DNA of 64,000 nucleotides from Candidatus Melainabacteria bacterium RIFCSPHIGHO2_02_FULL_34_12 (GTDB lineage Bacteria > Cyanobacteriota > Vampirovibrionia > 2-02-FULL-35-15), in NCBI GenBank assembly GCA_001784555.1, contig MFRM01000003.1, positions 188,615 through 252,614 on the forward strand, written 5' to 3'. The notes beneath the pieces are model-generated. The model saw only the letters and a list, made by a program, of their open reading frames with translations, searched no databases and was not told where the DNA came from. The translations under genes and the position numbers were made by a program. Below are positions 44,335-52,825 of the stretch, one piece after another; position 1 is the first letter of the stretch; every line of letters starts with the position of its first letter.

Positions 44335-44436
44335 CCATTCACTGGGGGTGACGCCGGAAGGGAGGTGTCCATCCGAGGAGCTACTGCACCGCAGGATGGA
44401 GGGGAACCTGCAGGCGGCAGGACCCGCAGTGAATGG
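44335..44436. other. 102-nt GC-rich structured element between convergent genes
   Basis: Outer stem CCATTCACTG / CAGTGAATGG. Inner hairpin TCCATCC-[GAGGAGCTACTGCACCGCA]-GGATGGA (44368..44400). About 65% GC in a roughly 33% GC background. Confidence 0.5.
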
Positions 44437-44471
44437 CGCAAGGCATGAAAACTTTGTTGACAATGTACTGG

Positions 44472-44825
44472 TTAAATGCCAAGATCCATTTCTTGCGCAA
44501 TAATTACAAGATAGTACCGATCTGTTTTTTCATGCAAAACATCTCCAATGTATTTCATAAGACGATAAATTAAAAGCTTTATGGCTGTTTCCCTGACTGC
44601 AAGTTTTTGAGCTATTTTTAAGTTTGAGAATCCTTTGGCAATAAGTTTTAGTATAGATATTTGTTTCTCAGTCAGAGCAACATAAGTCCCCCTATAGTAA
44701 ATTAAAGTCTTTTTCGTAAGGAGTATCTTCTTTTGCTTTAAGTAATTATCATAATCAAGCAATCTTTCAAACGGAGAAGCCTCAACCTTTCGCTCAAGTT
44801 CACTATGTGATAACTCTTCATTCAC
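44472..44825 (-). CDS. LuxR/GerE-type HTH transcriptional regulator (stand-alone)
   Basis: 117 aa. 'LTEKQISILKLIAKGFSNLKIAQKLAVRETAIKLLIYRLMKYIG'. Confidence 0.7.
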   Translation of the reverse strand: MNEELSHSELERKVEASPFERLLDYDNYLKQKKILLTKKTLIYYRGTYVALTEKQISILKLIAKGFSNLKIAQKLAVRETAIKLLIYRLMKYIGDVLHEKTDRYYLVIIAQEMDLGI

Positions 44826-45082
44826 TGTTAAAAACCTTTCCGTAAAACATTACCAGAACAGTGGTTCTTAAAGTAACCAGGCAAAGTATGGGGGAGATTA
44901 TTTCTGACAGTAAAATCAATTAAAAAGAAAATATAAATAAAGCAAAATTATTGAAAGATATTTCTACAAAAGTATCGATAAAAAATATGATGAAACTTTT
45001 AGTATCATTTATTTTTATTTTTGATTTGATTTATTCACAGATAAAGTATTACCTTAAGACAAATTTTTATAAAGACTTAATG

Positions 45083-45751
45083 TTACACGGACTTGTGTCC
45101 AAAACCCAGTTTAGAAGCAAGAAGTAATAGTGTCCTTGGTCTAATAGGAAGTATTCCAAAAGCTTCAGAAAATTTTTCTTTAACTTCATTTACATATGAC
45201 TGAACTGTTTTAACTTCTATACCAAGCAATTTCCCAATTTCATCGTTTTCTTTCCCATCAACCATAAAATTTAATATTTCTTTTTGTCTTTTTGAAAACT
45301 GTATTTTTGGAAGTGGTTCTGCAGTAAATATGACTAATTCATTATTTTGGTAAATTCTTCTTATAAATTCAGCAAGTCTTCCTATTGATATTGCTTTTTC
45401 AATATAAGCAGAAGCACCCATGTCCAGGCATCTGTGGATTCGTGCCCAGCCGGTTTCATTTGAAAACATAATTACCTTACATTTAGCAGATGTTTTTAAT
45501 TTTTTTATGTAGTGTTCAAGATCATGTTTCTCGCGGCCTGGCATTCTTAAATCCAGAAGAATAATATTAGGCTGAAGTTCTTCTGCTTTTTCTAAAACTT
45601 CATCATATGAACCTGCAGTACCTACTATTTTAATGTTTGGGTCTTTATTCAAATCTGTTTCTACACCGTGAATAAGATAAGGATGATCATCAGCAATTAA
45701 AGTTAAAATGATTTCATTTTTTAAATTGTTTCTCCCGCTCAAAAAACCCAT
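45083..45751 (-). CDS. NarL/FixJ-family response regulator (REC + LuxR HTH)
   Basis: ORF to 45823; the ATG at 45751 is preferred. 'LIADDHPYLIHG', 'IILLDLRMPG', 'FSKRQKEILNFMVDGKENDEIGKLLGIEVKTVQSYV'. Confidence 0.85.
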   Translation of the reverse strand: MGFLSGRNNLKNEIILTLIADDHPYLIHGVETDLNKDPNIKIVGTAGSYDEVLEKAEELQPNIILLDLRMPGREKHDLEHYIKKLKTSAKCKVIMFSNETGWARIHRCLDMGASAYIEKAISIGRLAEFIRRIYQNNELVIFTAEPLPKIQFSKRQKEILNFMVDGKENDEIGKLLGIEVKTVQSYVNEVKEKFSEAFGILPIRPRTLLLLASKLGFGHKSV

Positions 45752-46140
45752 GCGGCTCTCTTTTCCGAAACTATCTCGGGAGAAGGTATAAAGGTACCCT
45801 TTATTTTCTGAAACTGTAATCATATCTGATAACTAAACATTCTAATACCAAAGCCAAATTCAAATTATTAAATTTTTGAGTCTGGGTAATACTTTGCCTT
45901 ACCCTTAATATTCAATTTTGATGCACTTTTTCAAGCATTTTGATATTTGATGAAATTTTAGATGATTTTTAGATAAAAAATATTTAATCTTCAGCCCGGT
46001 GATAGGGGAAAAGCCTTATCCGAAATTTGATCTTCCGGGTTTACAAAATTAATCCTTGTATTAAAATGACTACCAAGTATCTAACTAAATATCCTAAGCA
46101 TTGAAAAAATATTTCTTGTAGAGGGGCTTTCATTACAAAG

Positions 46141-47394
46141 ATGGAAAACACTTTAGTCAAAGGCCAGATTCAATCCTTAATTACTGATTTATGCATACAG
46201 CCAGTAATTAAAGAGGATTCTAATATCATTACCCTGAGCGGTAATGAGCTGGCAGATATTTCACTTAAGCTCAGTAAATATATCAGGCAAGAACTTCCCA
46301 TTGATCAGCTTTTGGATAAGACAGTCAGAATGCTAGGCGAGGCAGGCATTGCAGAAAGAGTACTTTTATTTCAAATCGATAAAAAAGGCACCAAAAGTCT
46401 GCTGTCAAATTACTGGGAAAGCCCATACATTCCAAAATTTAATCCTGTAGGATTTGAGCTTGATCTGCAGGATTCATCCTTATTTAAACTTTTTCACCTA
46501 AATACAAATCACACGCTTCAAATAGAAGATTTTACAAAATACCTTGCCCTGCCTAATTATTTATTCCGAAATAAGTTAAAAGCTCTCTTTCTTAAACTTA
46601 GAACTAAATCACTTCTTATAACTACCGGTAGCACTGACAACATTAGAGTTGCATTAAATCTTCAGTTTTGTACAAGAGACGTGATTTGGAGCAATGAAAT
46701 TGAAAAAGTTTTCCAGTCTGTTATTGATCAGTTAGCCGTAGCAATAGAACAATATTCCGAGAAACGGAAAAAAGAGCTGTTGCAAAAGAACATAATTCAG
46801 CTTCAGGAAAGTGCCATTAGAGAACAGGAAGAACTATTCAGACAATTTGCTAGTGATGTTCATGATCTGCCCTGTAGTATTATCCCAAACTTAAAAAAAG
46901 CTATAAATGACAAGGACTTTAAAGAATGTGAAAAGTTAGTGGATGAACTGCATAAAAATCTTAGACAGCTAATTAATGAATATGTAATTCCTGATATCAA
47001 CTTATTAGGTTTTATCGGGACAATGTACCAGTTTGTTAACGGGTTTAAAAAATCATTCAAAGGAAAGGTTTCTGTAGAGCTGCCTGATGAAGAAATAACT
47101 TTATCCCAGAGAAATGCAGTAGAGCTTTTTAAAGTAGTTAAAGAATGGTTTTGTAATATTGAAAAGCATTCTGAAGCAACTGAGGTTTCATTCACAATAA
47201 AAATATTGAATGAAAATTATTTCCTGTTAAGCATTCAGGATAACGGAAAAGGATTTGACGTAAATAATACAAAAAATCTTGGGTATGGAATTTTAAATTT
47301 AGAGCGCAGATTAAGAGCAATAAAATCTAAGTTTGAAATTAAAAGTGAAATGAATAAAGGCGCAATGTTAAATATTCAAGCACCTGTAAATTAA
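46141..47394 (+). CDS. Sensor histidine kinase (GAF-like N-terminus, HisKA_3, HATPase_c)
   Basis: 417 aa. H-box 'FASDVHDLPCSII'. 'NIEKHSEATEVSF', 'IQDNGKGF', 'GYGILNLERRL'. No obvious TM segments. Confidence 0.8.
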   Translation: MENTLVKGQIQSLITDLCIQPVIKEDSNIITLSGNELADISLKLSKYIRQELPIDQLLDKTVRMLGEAGIAERVLLFQIDKKGTKSLLSNYWESPYIPKFNPVGFELDLQDSSLFKLFHLNTNHTLQIEDFTKYLALPNYLFRNKLKALFLKLRTKSLLITTGSTDNIRVALNLQFCTRDVIWSNEIEKVFQSVIDQLAVAIEQYSEKRKKELLQKNIIQLQESAIREQEELFRQFASDVHDLPCSIIPNLKKAINDKDFKECEKLVDELHKNLRQLINEYVIPDINLLGFIGTMYQFVNGFKKSFKGKVSVELPDEEITLSQRNAVELFKVVKEWFCNIEKHSEATEVSFTIKILNENYFLLSIQDNGKGFDVNNTKNLGYGILNLERRLRAIKSKFEIKSEMNKGAMLNIQAPVN

Positions 47395-47409
47395 TTATTG
47401 GAGAAAAGA

Positions 47410-47733
47410 ATGAGACCATATGCCGTAGGAGCACCATTAAATGCAACTCAAAGAAGAAATGTAACAGCACAAACTTCTGAGTTGAAATGCCTTGCTTCAA
47501 CTGCTATTGAAGGAATTAAAAATTTTACAGTTGAAGCTCCATTTGCAACAGGCGGTTGTTTACTAGCTTTTTGTGCTCTTATATCTTCCATGTTTAAAAA
47601 CAATCTGAATTTAATTCCTTTATTTGGTTTTCCTGCTGCTGGTTTATTAATATGTCAGATTTTTTATCCATACAATAAAAATCCTGGAAGTAATTCAGAA
47701 GATAATGTGTCTTTGCAACAAAAAGCCGCTTAA
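47410..47733 (+). CDS. Hypothetical small membrane protein
   Basis: ORF 47398..47733. ATG at 47410. Two hydrophobic segments. Confidence 0.4.
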   Translation: MRPYAVGAPLNATQRRNVTAQTSELKCLASTAIEGIKNFTVEAPFATGGCLLAFCALISSMFKNNLNLIPLFGFPAAGLLICQIFYPYNKNPGSNSEDNVSLQQKAA

Positions 47734-47769
47734 CGCACCCAATCCTATTTATGTTAAAATATCTCCGTT

Positions 47770-47997
47770 ATGGCATATGTAATTGCTGCTATTCAAATAA
47801 TTTGTGGAATTGCACTTACAGTTCTGATTTTGTTTCATTCTGCAAAAGGTGAAGGTCTCGGAGGTATAGGTGGCTCTGCTAGTTTATTTACTGGTCCTTC
47901 TCAGGCTGAAGCAGGCTTAGACAAGATAACCTGGGTTATTGCAGGAATATTTATTTTTACATCCGCTATTATCGGATGGAAAATCATTCAGTTTTAA
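47770..47997 (+). CDS. secG: Preprotein translocase subunit SecG
   Basis: 75 aa. 'IICGIALTVLILFHSAKGEGLGGIGGSASLFTG' followed by a second TM. Confidence 0.8.
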   Translation: MAYVIAAIQIICGIALTVLILFHSAKGEGLGGIGGSASLFTGPSQAEAGLDKITWVIAGIFIFTSAIIGWKIIQF

Positions 47998-48864
47998 TTC
48001 ATTCATATCTTTAGACAACCTCATTTTTTCAAAAATAATTTCTATGGCATTGGATAACTTTTTGAAGTCCATTCCACTTAAGTTAATTTGCCCTTTTGAG
48101 TGCATTTCCCCTAGTGCCTGAATTACTCCAAGAAGTATTGCTGCTGCTTTAAGAATTTTTTGAGGATTAGTTTCTTTACCTAGATAGTCAGCTGCTCTTT
48201 CAATAAGATTAATAATGGCTTTTACAGCTACCGTCTTTATCTCTTCATTATCATATGATAAATATTTAGACACTGATTTGATTGCATCTAATGCAGAGTC
48301 AAGACTTGACACACCAAGCTCTGCTCCAAAAATTAATTGAACAACTAATTTTACCCAGCTATCTTTAAATGATTCAGTTATTCTGTTTATACTGTCACCT
48401 AAGTCATTAAAAACATTTTTAACTAAACTAAAATCAGTATTTTGTGTCTCACCTATAAAATTATTTGTTGCTTTTTCCATACTACTTACAAATTCATCAG
48501 GACTAATATCCATTAAGCCTTTATTTAAAATGCTTTGAGAAAAACTAATAAATACGTCTGAATCTGGCTTACTGCTACTAAAATTAGATGCTTTAGAAAG
48601 AAGTGCAGAGACTACTTGTGCTGCATAATTTTTAATTTCTTCATTTGAGCATGATAAGTATGGAGTAAGATTTTTTATTCCTGACAAGCAATCTGCAAGA
48701 TTTTTATCTCTGTTTTTTACATCAGTAATAACTTTAAATGCTTCTTCTTCGTTAATTCCGGCCTGATGACGTGGATTAATATCACTGAAACTTCTCCAGA
48801 AATTTGTATATTCTTTTCTGCTGTTTACTTCAGCATCCAATACCATGACTATTACCCCTGCCAA
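47917..48864 (-). CDS. Hypothetical helical-repeat protein
   Basis: 315 aa. Internal repeat 'CLSGIKNLTPYLSCSNEEIKNYAAQVV' / 'ALDAIKSVSKYLSYDNEEIKTVAVKAI'. Its 3' end overlaps secG by 81 nt. Confidence 0.5.
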   Translation of the reverse strand: MAGVIVMVLDAEVNSRKEYTNFWRSFSDINPRHQAGINEEEAFKVITDVKNRDKNLADCLSGIKNLTPYLSCSNEEIKNYAAQVVSALLSKASNFSSSKPDSDVFISFSQSILNKGLMDISPDEFVSSMEKATNNFIGETQNTDFSLVKNVFNDLGDSINRITESFKDSWVKLVVQLIFGAELGVSSLDSALDAIKSVSKYLSYDNEEIKTVAVKAIINLIERAADYLGKETNPQKILKAAAILLGVIQALGEMHSKGQINLSGMDFKKLSNAIEIIFEKMRLSKDMNELKLNDFPSDNSGCKNKYSCNNPGYLV

Positions 48865-48891
48865 TATAAAGGAAAGGGCTATAATATTTTT

Positions 48892-49656
48892 ATGGCTGTT
48901 AAACGTTTCTTAATTAAAGCAAAGTTAATTGAAAAAAAAGAATTGGGCAAAGACTATCACATAAGCTGGTTTGATGCTCCTGAAATTGTCTCAAATATCA
49001 GCCCAGGACAGTTTGTAATGATGGAATCAGGGCAATATCTTTTAAGACCATTTAGCGTTTATGAAACAGATGGTCAAAAAGCAGGTTTTCTTTATAAAGT
49101 AATTGGCTGGGGTACAAGCTTTTTAAGTAAATTAAATATCGGTGATCAAGTTTTAATTCATGGTCCGCTTGGAAAAGGGTTTACCTATCCAGAAGATAAA
49201 AATAAACCTATATTAATAGTTGCAGGAGGAATTGGAATTGCAACTTTTCCAATAGTTGCAAGAATAGCCCATGAAAAAGGATATAAAATAAAAACTCTTT
49301 TTGGGGCAAGATCAGCTAATGATCTAGTTTGTGCAGAAGAATTAAAAAAATACGGTGAACTAGAAGCTATTACAGATGACGGCAGCTCAGGAAGAAAAGG
49401 ATTTGTCACTGAGCTTTTAAAAAATGAACTTACTAAAAATAAAAATCAGGAAATAATGGTATGTGGTCCAACCCCAATGTTAAAGAGCGTTATCAAGGTT
49501 TGTAATGAATTTAGCGTAGTAGGACAGGTCTCATTTGAAGAATATATGGCATGCGGATATGGTGTCTGCATGTCATGTGTCGTTATGTCAAACGGAAAAT
49601 ATATAAGAACCTGCTTTGAAGGACCTGTAATGAGATCTGATGCGGTTTCTGTATAG
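48892..49656 (+). CDS. pyrK: PyrK-family FAD/[2Fe-2S] electron-transfer subunit (dihydroorotate dehydrogenase B partner-like)
   Basis: ATG at 48892 within ORF 48766..49656. 'LLRPFSV', 'LIVAGGIGIATFP', 'MVCGPTPM', 'ACGYGVCMSCVV...C'. No pyrD adjacent. Confidence 0.75.
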   Translation: MAVKRFLIKAKLIEKKELGKDYHISWFDAPEIVSNISPGQFVMMESGQYLLRPFSVYETDGQKAGFLYKVIGWGTSFLSKLNIGDQVLIHGPLGKGFTYPEDKNKPILIVAGGIGIATFPIVARIAHEKGYKIKTLFGARSANDLVCAEELKKYGELEAITDDGSSGRKGFVTELLKNELTKNKNQEIMVCGPTPMLKSVIKVCNEFSVVGQVSFEEYMACGYGVCMSCVVMSNGKYIRTCFEGPVMRSDAVSV

Positions 49657-49668
49657 AGCGCATTGTCT

Positions 49669-49696
49669 GTAGGGGCGTATTGCAATACGCCCCTAC
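49669..49696. repeat. GTAG-type REP palindrome (GTAGGGGCGTATTG|CAATACGCCCCTAC)
   Basis: Perfect 28-nt palindrome, 12 nt after the pyrK stop. Same arms as 17831..17860. Confidence 0.85.
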
Positions 49697-49702
49697 TTCA
49701 TG

Positions 49703-50080
49703 TTATTTCTTCGTGGTTAGTTCTTTATCTATCTTTTGTAAGAACTGCTGCAGCACACTTAGAAGCTCGTTTAATTCAAATATTTTTAACGTGTTATCAG
49801 AGCCGTTTAGACCATCAATGGGTTTCAGTAATTCTTTTAGATTTTCATCTTCAATATTTTTTGCTCCTAGCGATTCAAAAGACACAGTCTGATTATTTTC
49901 CATCCTGATTAATGCTGCATGCCCGACTTCCTGAACAGGATCAAGAAAATTAAACATTGAAGAAATAACAACTTTATTTCCAATATGCTCAGCACTTATG
50001 TCAATTTCTCTTCCTGAGCTTAAAATATATTTTCTGTTTGAAAAAATTGCTTTACGCATCATGGTTATATATGATAGCAA
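49703..50080 (-). CDS. Hypothetical protein
   Basis: 125-aa ORF immediately downstream of the methyltransferase gene. No family recognised. Confidence 0.45.
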   Translation of the reverse strand: MLSYITMMRKAIFSNRKYILSSGREIDISAEHIGNKVVISSMFNFLDPVQEVGHAALIRMENNQTVSFESLGAKNIEDENLKELLKPIDGLNGSDNTLKIFELNELLSVLQQFLQKIDKELTTKK

Positions 50081-50090
50081 ATATTTGTTC

Positions 50091-50879
50091 TTAACGATCT
50101 GTGATCTCTTTAAACCTTTTTACGGAAACATCAATATATTTCTTTTCTCTTTCAACACCTATAAATTTTCTGCCTAACATAAGTGCTGCCACCCCAGTAG
50201 TACCACTTCCACAAAATGGATCAAGAATAATATCTCCTTCTTTAGTACTGGCAAGGATTATTCTTTTAAGTAATTCAAGTGGCTTCTGAGTAGGATGCCT
50301 GCCAAATTTTTTTTCAGATTTTTTTGGTGCTGTGATTGACCATACTGTTCTCATCTGAGATTTAGGTTTTTTATAACTATCCTCGTCCCATATGCCGTTT
50401 TTCATAAGCTTATAATCAAAAAAATGCTTATGATTTTTATCTTTTTTTGCCCAGATAACTGTTTCATGACTGCAGGTAAAATAACGACAACTTAAATTAG
50501 GAGGAGCATTTGGTTTAAACCAGCATATATCATTTAAAATATGAAACCCGAGTGACTGCAACATATATCCGCACAGATAAATTGAATGATAGGTTCCGCT
50601 GATCCAGATAGTGCCTGAAGGTTTTAAAACCCTTTTGCATTCAGATAACCAGCTTTCATAAAAATTATAATCAGCGTCTTTCCCTTTACTTGAATCCCAC
50701 TCACCTTTATTTACAGATGTTCTTTTTCCGGAATGACAAGTAAATCCATTATTCGACAATAAATAAGGAGGATCAGCAAAAATACAATCAATAGAATTCT
50801 CATTATATTTTTTTAGAATATCTACACAATCTCCCATGTACAATGTCGTCTGATTATTTATTTCATATGTTGTTTTCAT
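50091..50879 (-). CDS. N6-adenine DNA methyltransferase, DpnA (M2.DpnII)-like, beta class
   Basis: 262 aa. Long blocks match my recollection of DpnA: 'FADPPYLLSNNGFTCHSGKRTSVNKGEWD', 'LKPSGTIWISG', 'NAPPNLSCRYFTCSHETVIWAKKD', 'GRHPTQKPLELLKRIILASTKEGDIILDPFCGSGTTGV'. Confidence 0.88.
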   Translation of the reverse strand: MKTTYEINNQTTLYMGDCVDILKKYNENSIDCIFADPPYLLSNNGFTCHSGKRTSVNKGEWDSSKGKDADYNFYESWLSECKRVLKPSGTIWISGTYHSIYLCGYMLQSLGFHILNDICWFKPNAPPNLSCRYFTCSHETVIWAKKDKNHKHFFDYKLMKNGIWDEDSYKKPKSQMRTVWSITAPKKSEKKFGRHPTQKPLELLKRIILASTKEGDIILDPFCGSGTTGVAALMLGRKFIGVEREKKYIDVSVKRFKEITDR

Positions 50880-51141
50880 TTTTAAAAATCTAACTTAATC
50901 AACTCTTAATTCTAGAACATAATAAAATTTTTTTAATGTTGTTATTTTTCTTATTAGACAAATTTTATTATCCACTGAAAAAACAGTATTTGAATAGATT
51001 TAGAACAAAAATGTAACTCAATCATTTAAATGATCTTTAATTACAATTTTTTAATTAAAAGCCTTAACAAAAGCCTAATCACTATAGGGTTTGATTTAAA
51101 GACATTAGGGGATGTGTTTTTTCTCTACAAGGGGGTAAAAA

Positions 51142-52182
51142 ATGAATAAGTCAAATATTTCTGCTCTTAGAAGCAGAAACCGCGGGCTTTTTGCTGACTG
51201 CGGAACCGAAAATACAGGACTAAATCTACTCAAACAATTGAAAGAAGATACTTTAAAAACAGGTAACGAAGAAAAGATCACATTTAGTGATAGCAAAGAC
51301 TTTTATGGAGAGGATTTGTTTCATGATGTAGCCGTACCTATTGATGATTCAATAAAACTTTATTTAAAAGAAATAGGCAGAGTGTCTTTATTAAAACCAC
51401 TTGAAGAACTTGAAATTGCAAGAGCAATAGCAAAAGGCGGGAAACCTGCAGAAGTAGCTAAAAGAAAACTGATTCAAGCAAACCTTAGGCTGGTAGTTTC
51501 AATTGCAAAAAGATACCTTAGAAGAGGATTAAACTTCCTTGATCTTATACAGGAAGGAAATATAGGACTTATGAAAGCAGCAGAAAAATTTGACAGTGAA
51601 CGAGGATTTAAATTTTCTACTTATGCAACCTGGTGGATTAAACAATCCATAACAAGAGCAATTGCTGACAAATCACACACAATAAGGGTACCGGTTCACA
51701 TGGTTGAAAATTTATACAAGCTTAAAAGAATTACAAATTATCTGACAAATGAATTAAACAGAAAGCCTACTGATGATGAGCTTGCAGAAGCAATGAAAGT
51801 CTCCAAAGAAAAAATCGATGAAATTCTAAAAGCAGTAAAAGAACCTATTTCACTTGAAACACCTCTTGGCAAGGAAGATGATGCAAAACTTTCAGATTTC
51901 ATAGAAGACAATACAGCTCTTCAGCCGGAAGCCCATGTAGCAAATGAGCTGTTGAGACAGGATTTAAATAAGGTTCTTGAAGAGCTAAATGAAAGGGAAC
52001 GACATTTAATAAGTCTTAGATTTGGTCTGGAAGACGGACATCAAAGATCTCTGGACGAAGTAAGTAAACTCTTTCAGCTTCCACGTGAAAGAGTAAGGCA
52101 AATCGAATTTAAAGCTCTAAGAAAATTACGCCATCCTGTTAGAAGCGGGAAGCTTAAAGATTATCTACCTGATAATGAATAA
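51142..52182 (+). CDS. RNA polymerase sigma-70 factor (RpoD/SigA-like, short N-terminus)
   Basis: 346 aa. '[16 protein letters not shown]', '[18 protein letters not shown]', '[14 protein letters not shown]', 'IRVPVHMVE', '[27 protein letters not shown]'. Confidence 0.9.
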   Translation: MNKSNISALRSRNRGLFADCGTENTGLNLLKQLKEDTLKTGNEEKITFSDSKDFYGEDLFHDVAVPIDDSIKLYLKEIGRVSLLKPLEELEIARAIAKGGKPAEVAKRKLIQANLRLVVSIAKRYLRRGLNFLDLIQEGNIGLMKAAEKFDSERGFKFSTYATWWIKQSITRAIADKSHTIRVPVHMVENLYKLKRITNYLTNELNRKPTDDELAEAMKVSKEKIDEILKAVKEPISLETPLGKEDDAKLSDFIEDNTALQPEAHVANELLRQDLNKVLEELNERERHLISLRFGLEDGHQRSLDEVSKLFQLPRERVRQIEFKALRKLRHPVRSGKLKDYLPDNE

Positions 52183-52190
52183 ATTTGTCC

Positions 52191-52273
52191 TGTCATTCCC
52201 ATGAAAATGGGAATCCAGAGATCAGCCGCTAACATTAATTAACTGGATTCCCTGGTCAAGCCAGGGAATGACA
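52191..52273. mobile_element. 83-bp MITE of the 'GTCATTCCC...GGGAATGAC' type
   Basis: Left arm TGTCATTCCCATGAAAATGGGAATCCAG. Right arm CTGGATTCCCTGGTCAAGCCAGGGAATGACA. Each arm is itself a hairpin and the arms are mutually inverted. Confidence 0.7.
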
Positions 52274-52282
52274 TTTGCCATT

Positions 52283-52804
52283 TCAGTGATAAGCATTCAC
52301 CTTTATATCTTTAAACTTCGCGCCATCACTGTATAAAACAGTTCTCACACCGACTATGCCTACATGTTTTTTTCTGTGTTTATCCATCCTCATTTCAAAA
52401 CTTACAACTCCATGCTCAAAAAAATGACTTATAAAATTTGCATTGTTAATTTGTTTTCTGTATGAACCACGGTGCTTTCTGGGATAAAGGATATCGGCAA
52501 TTACATTTGCTTCTTTTTCAGTAATCATTTCTTTTTTTACATTATTCCCGCGGGGACGAGCAGTTTCTGAGATAGATTTTCCATTACGGTATAAAACCTC
52601 TACCTGCCAGCCATGTAAGGAAAAAAGATATTTAATTTTACCGGCAAAGTCTTTTTTGGAATCTGAAAATTGTTTTACTACTAATTCCTGATCATATTTT
52701 TTTTTATTTTCACCGACCTCATTATTTATTGCAGCATAAGCTGGAATAATAAATAACATAAATGAAAATAGAAGAAACAACTTAAAAACTAAATTTATCT
52801 GCAT
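52283..52804 (-). CDS. Hypothetical secreted protein
   Basis: 173 aa. Signal-like 'LFLLFSFMLFIIPAYA'. No family recognised. Confidence 0.5.
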   Translation of the reverse strand: MQINLVFKLFLLFSFMLFIIPAYAAINNEVGENKKKYDQELVVKQFSDSKKDFAGKIKYLFSLHGWQVEVLYRNGKSISETARPRGNNVKKEMITEKEANVIADILYPRKHRGSYRKQINNANFISHFFEHGVVSFEMRMDKHRKKHVGIVGVRTVLYSDGAKFKDIKVNAYH

Positions 52805-52825
52805 CTATTTAATATTATCTAACAA

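Noticed and set aside
44335-44436. SRP (4.5S) RNA or a c-di-GMP riboswitch, the latter suggested by the neighbouring HD-GYP gene
   Set aside because: A GGAA tetraloop-like 'GCCGGAAGGG' is present, but it is not apical, and the conserved SRP 'GGAAGCAGC' / 'AGCA' loop motifs are absent. I could find no GEMM-like motifs. The element also lies 3' of both flanking genes, so it cannot act as a 5' leader.
44335-44436. Retron msr/msd or group II intron fragment
   Set aside because: No reverse transcriptase gene is nearby, and no recognisable domain V/VI or a1/a2-plus-branching-G arrangement is present.
44181-44441. 86-aa minus-strand ORF
   Set aside because: It is the translation of the GC-rich structured element and of the antisense of the HD-GYP gene's 3' end. 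It has a Pro/Gly/Arg-rich composition typical of spurious ORFs in GC islands.
49663-49908. Two plus-strand ORFs (81 and 70 aa) beginning in the REP palindrome ('..VGAYCNTPL..', 'MQYAPT..')
   Set aside because: They start inside the palindrome and are antisense to the better-supported 49703..50080 ORF. These are typical REP-derived artefacts.
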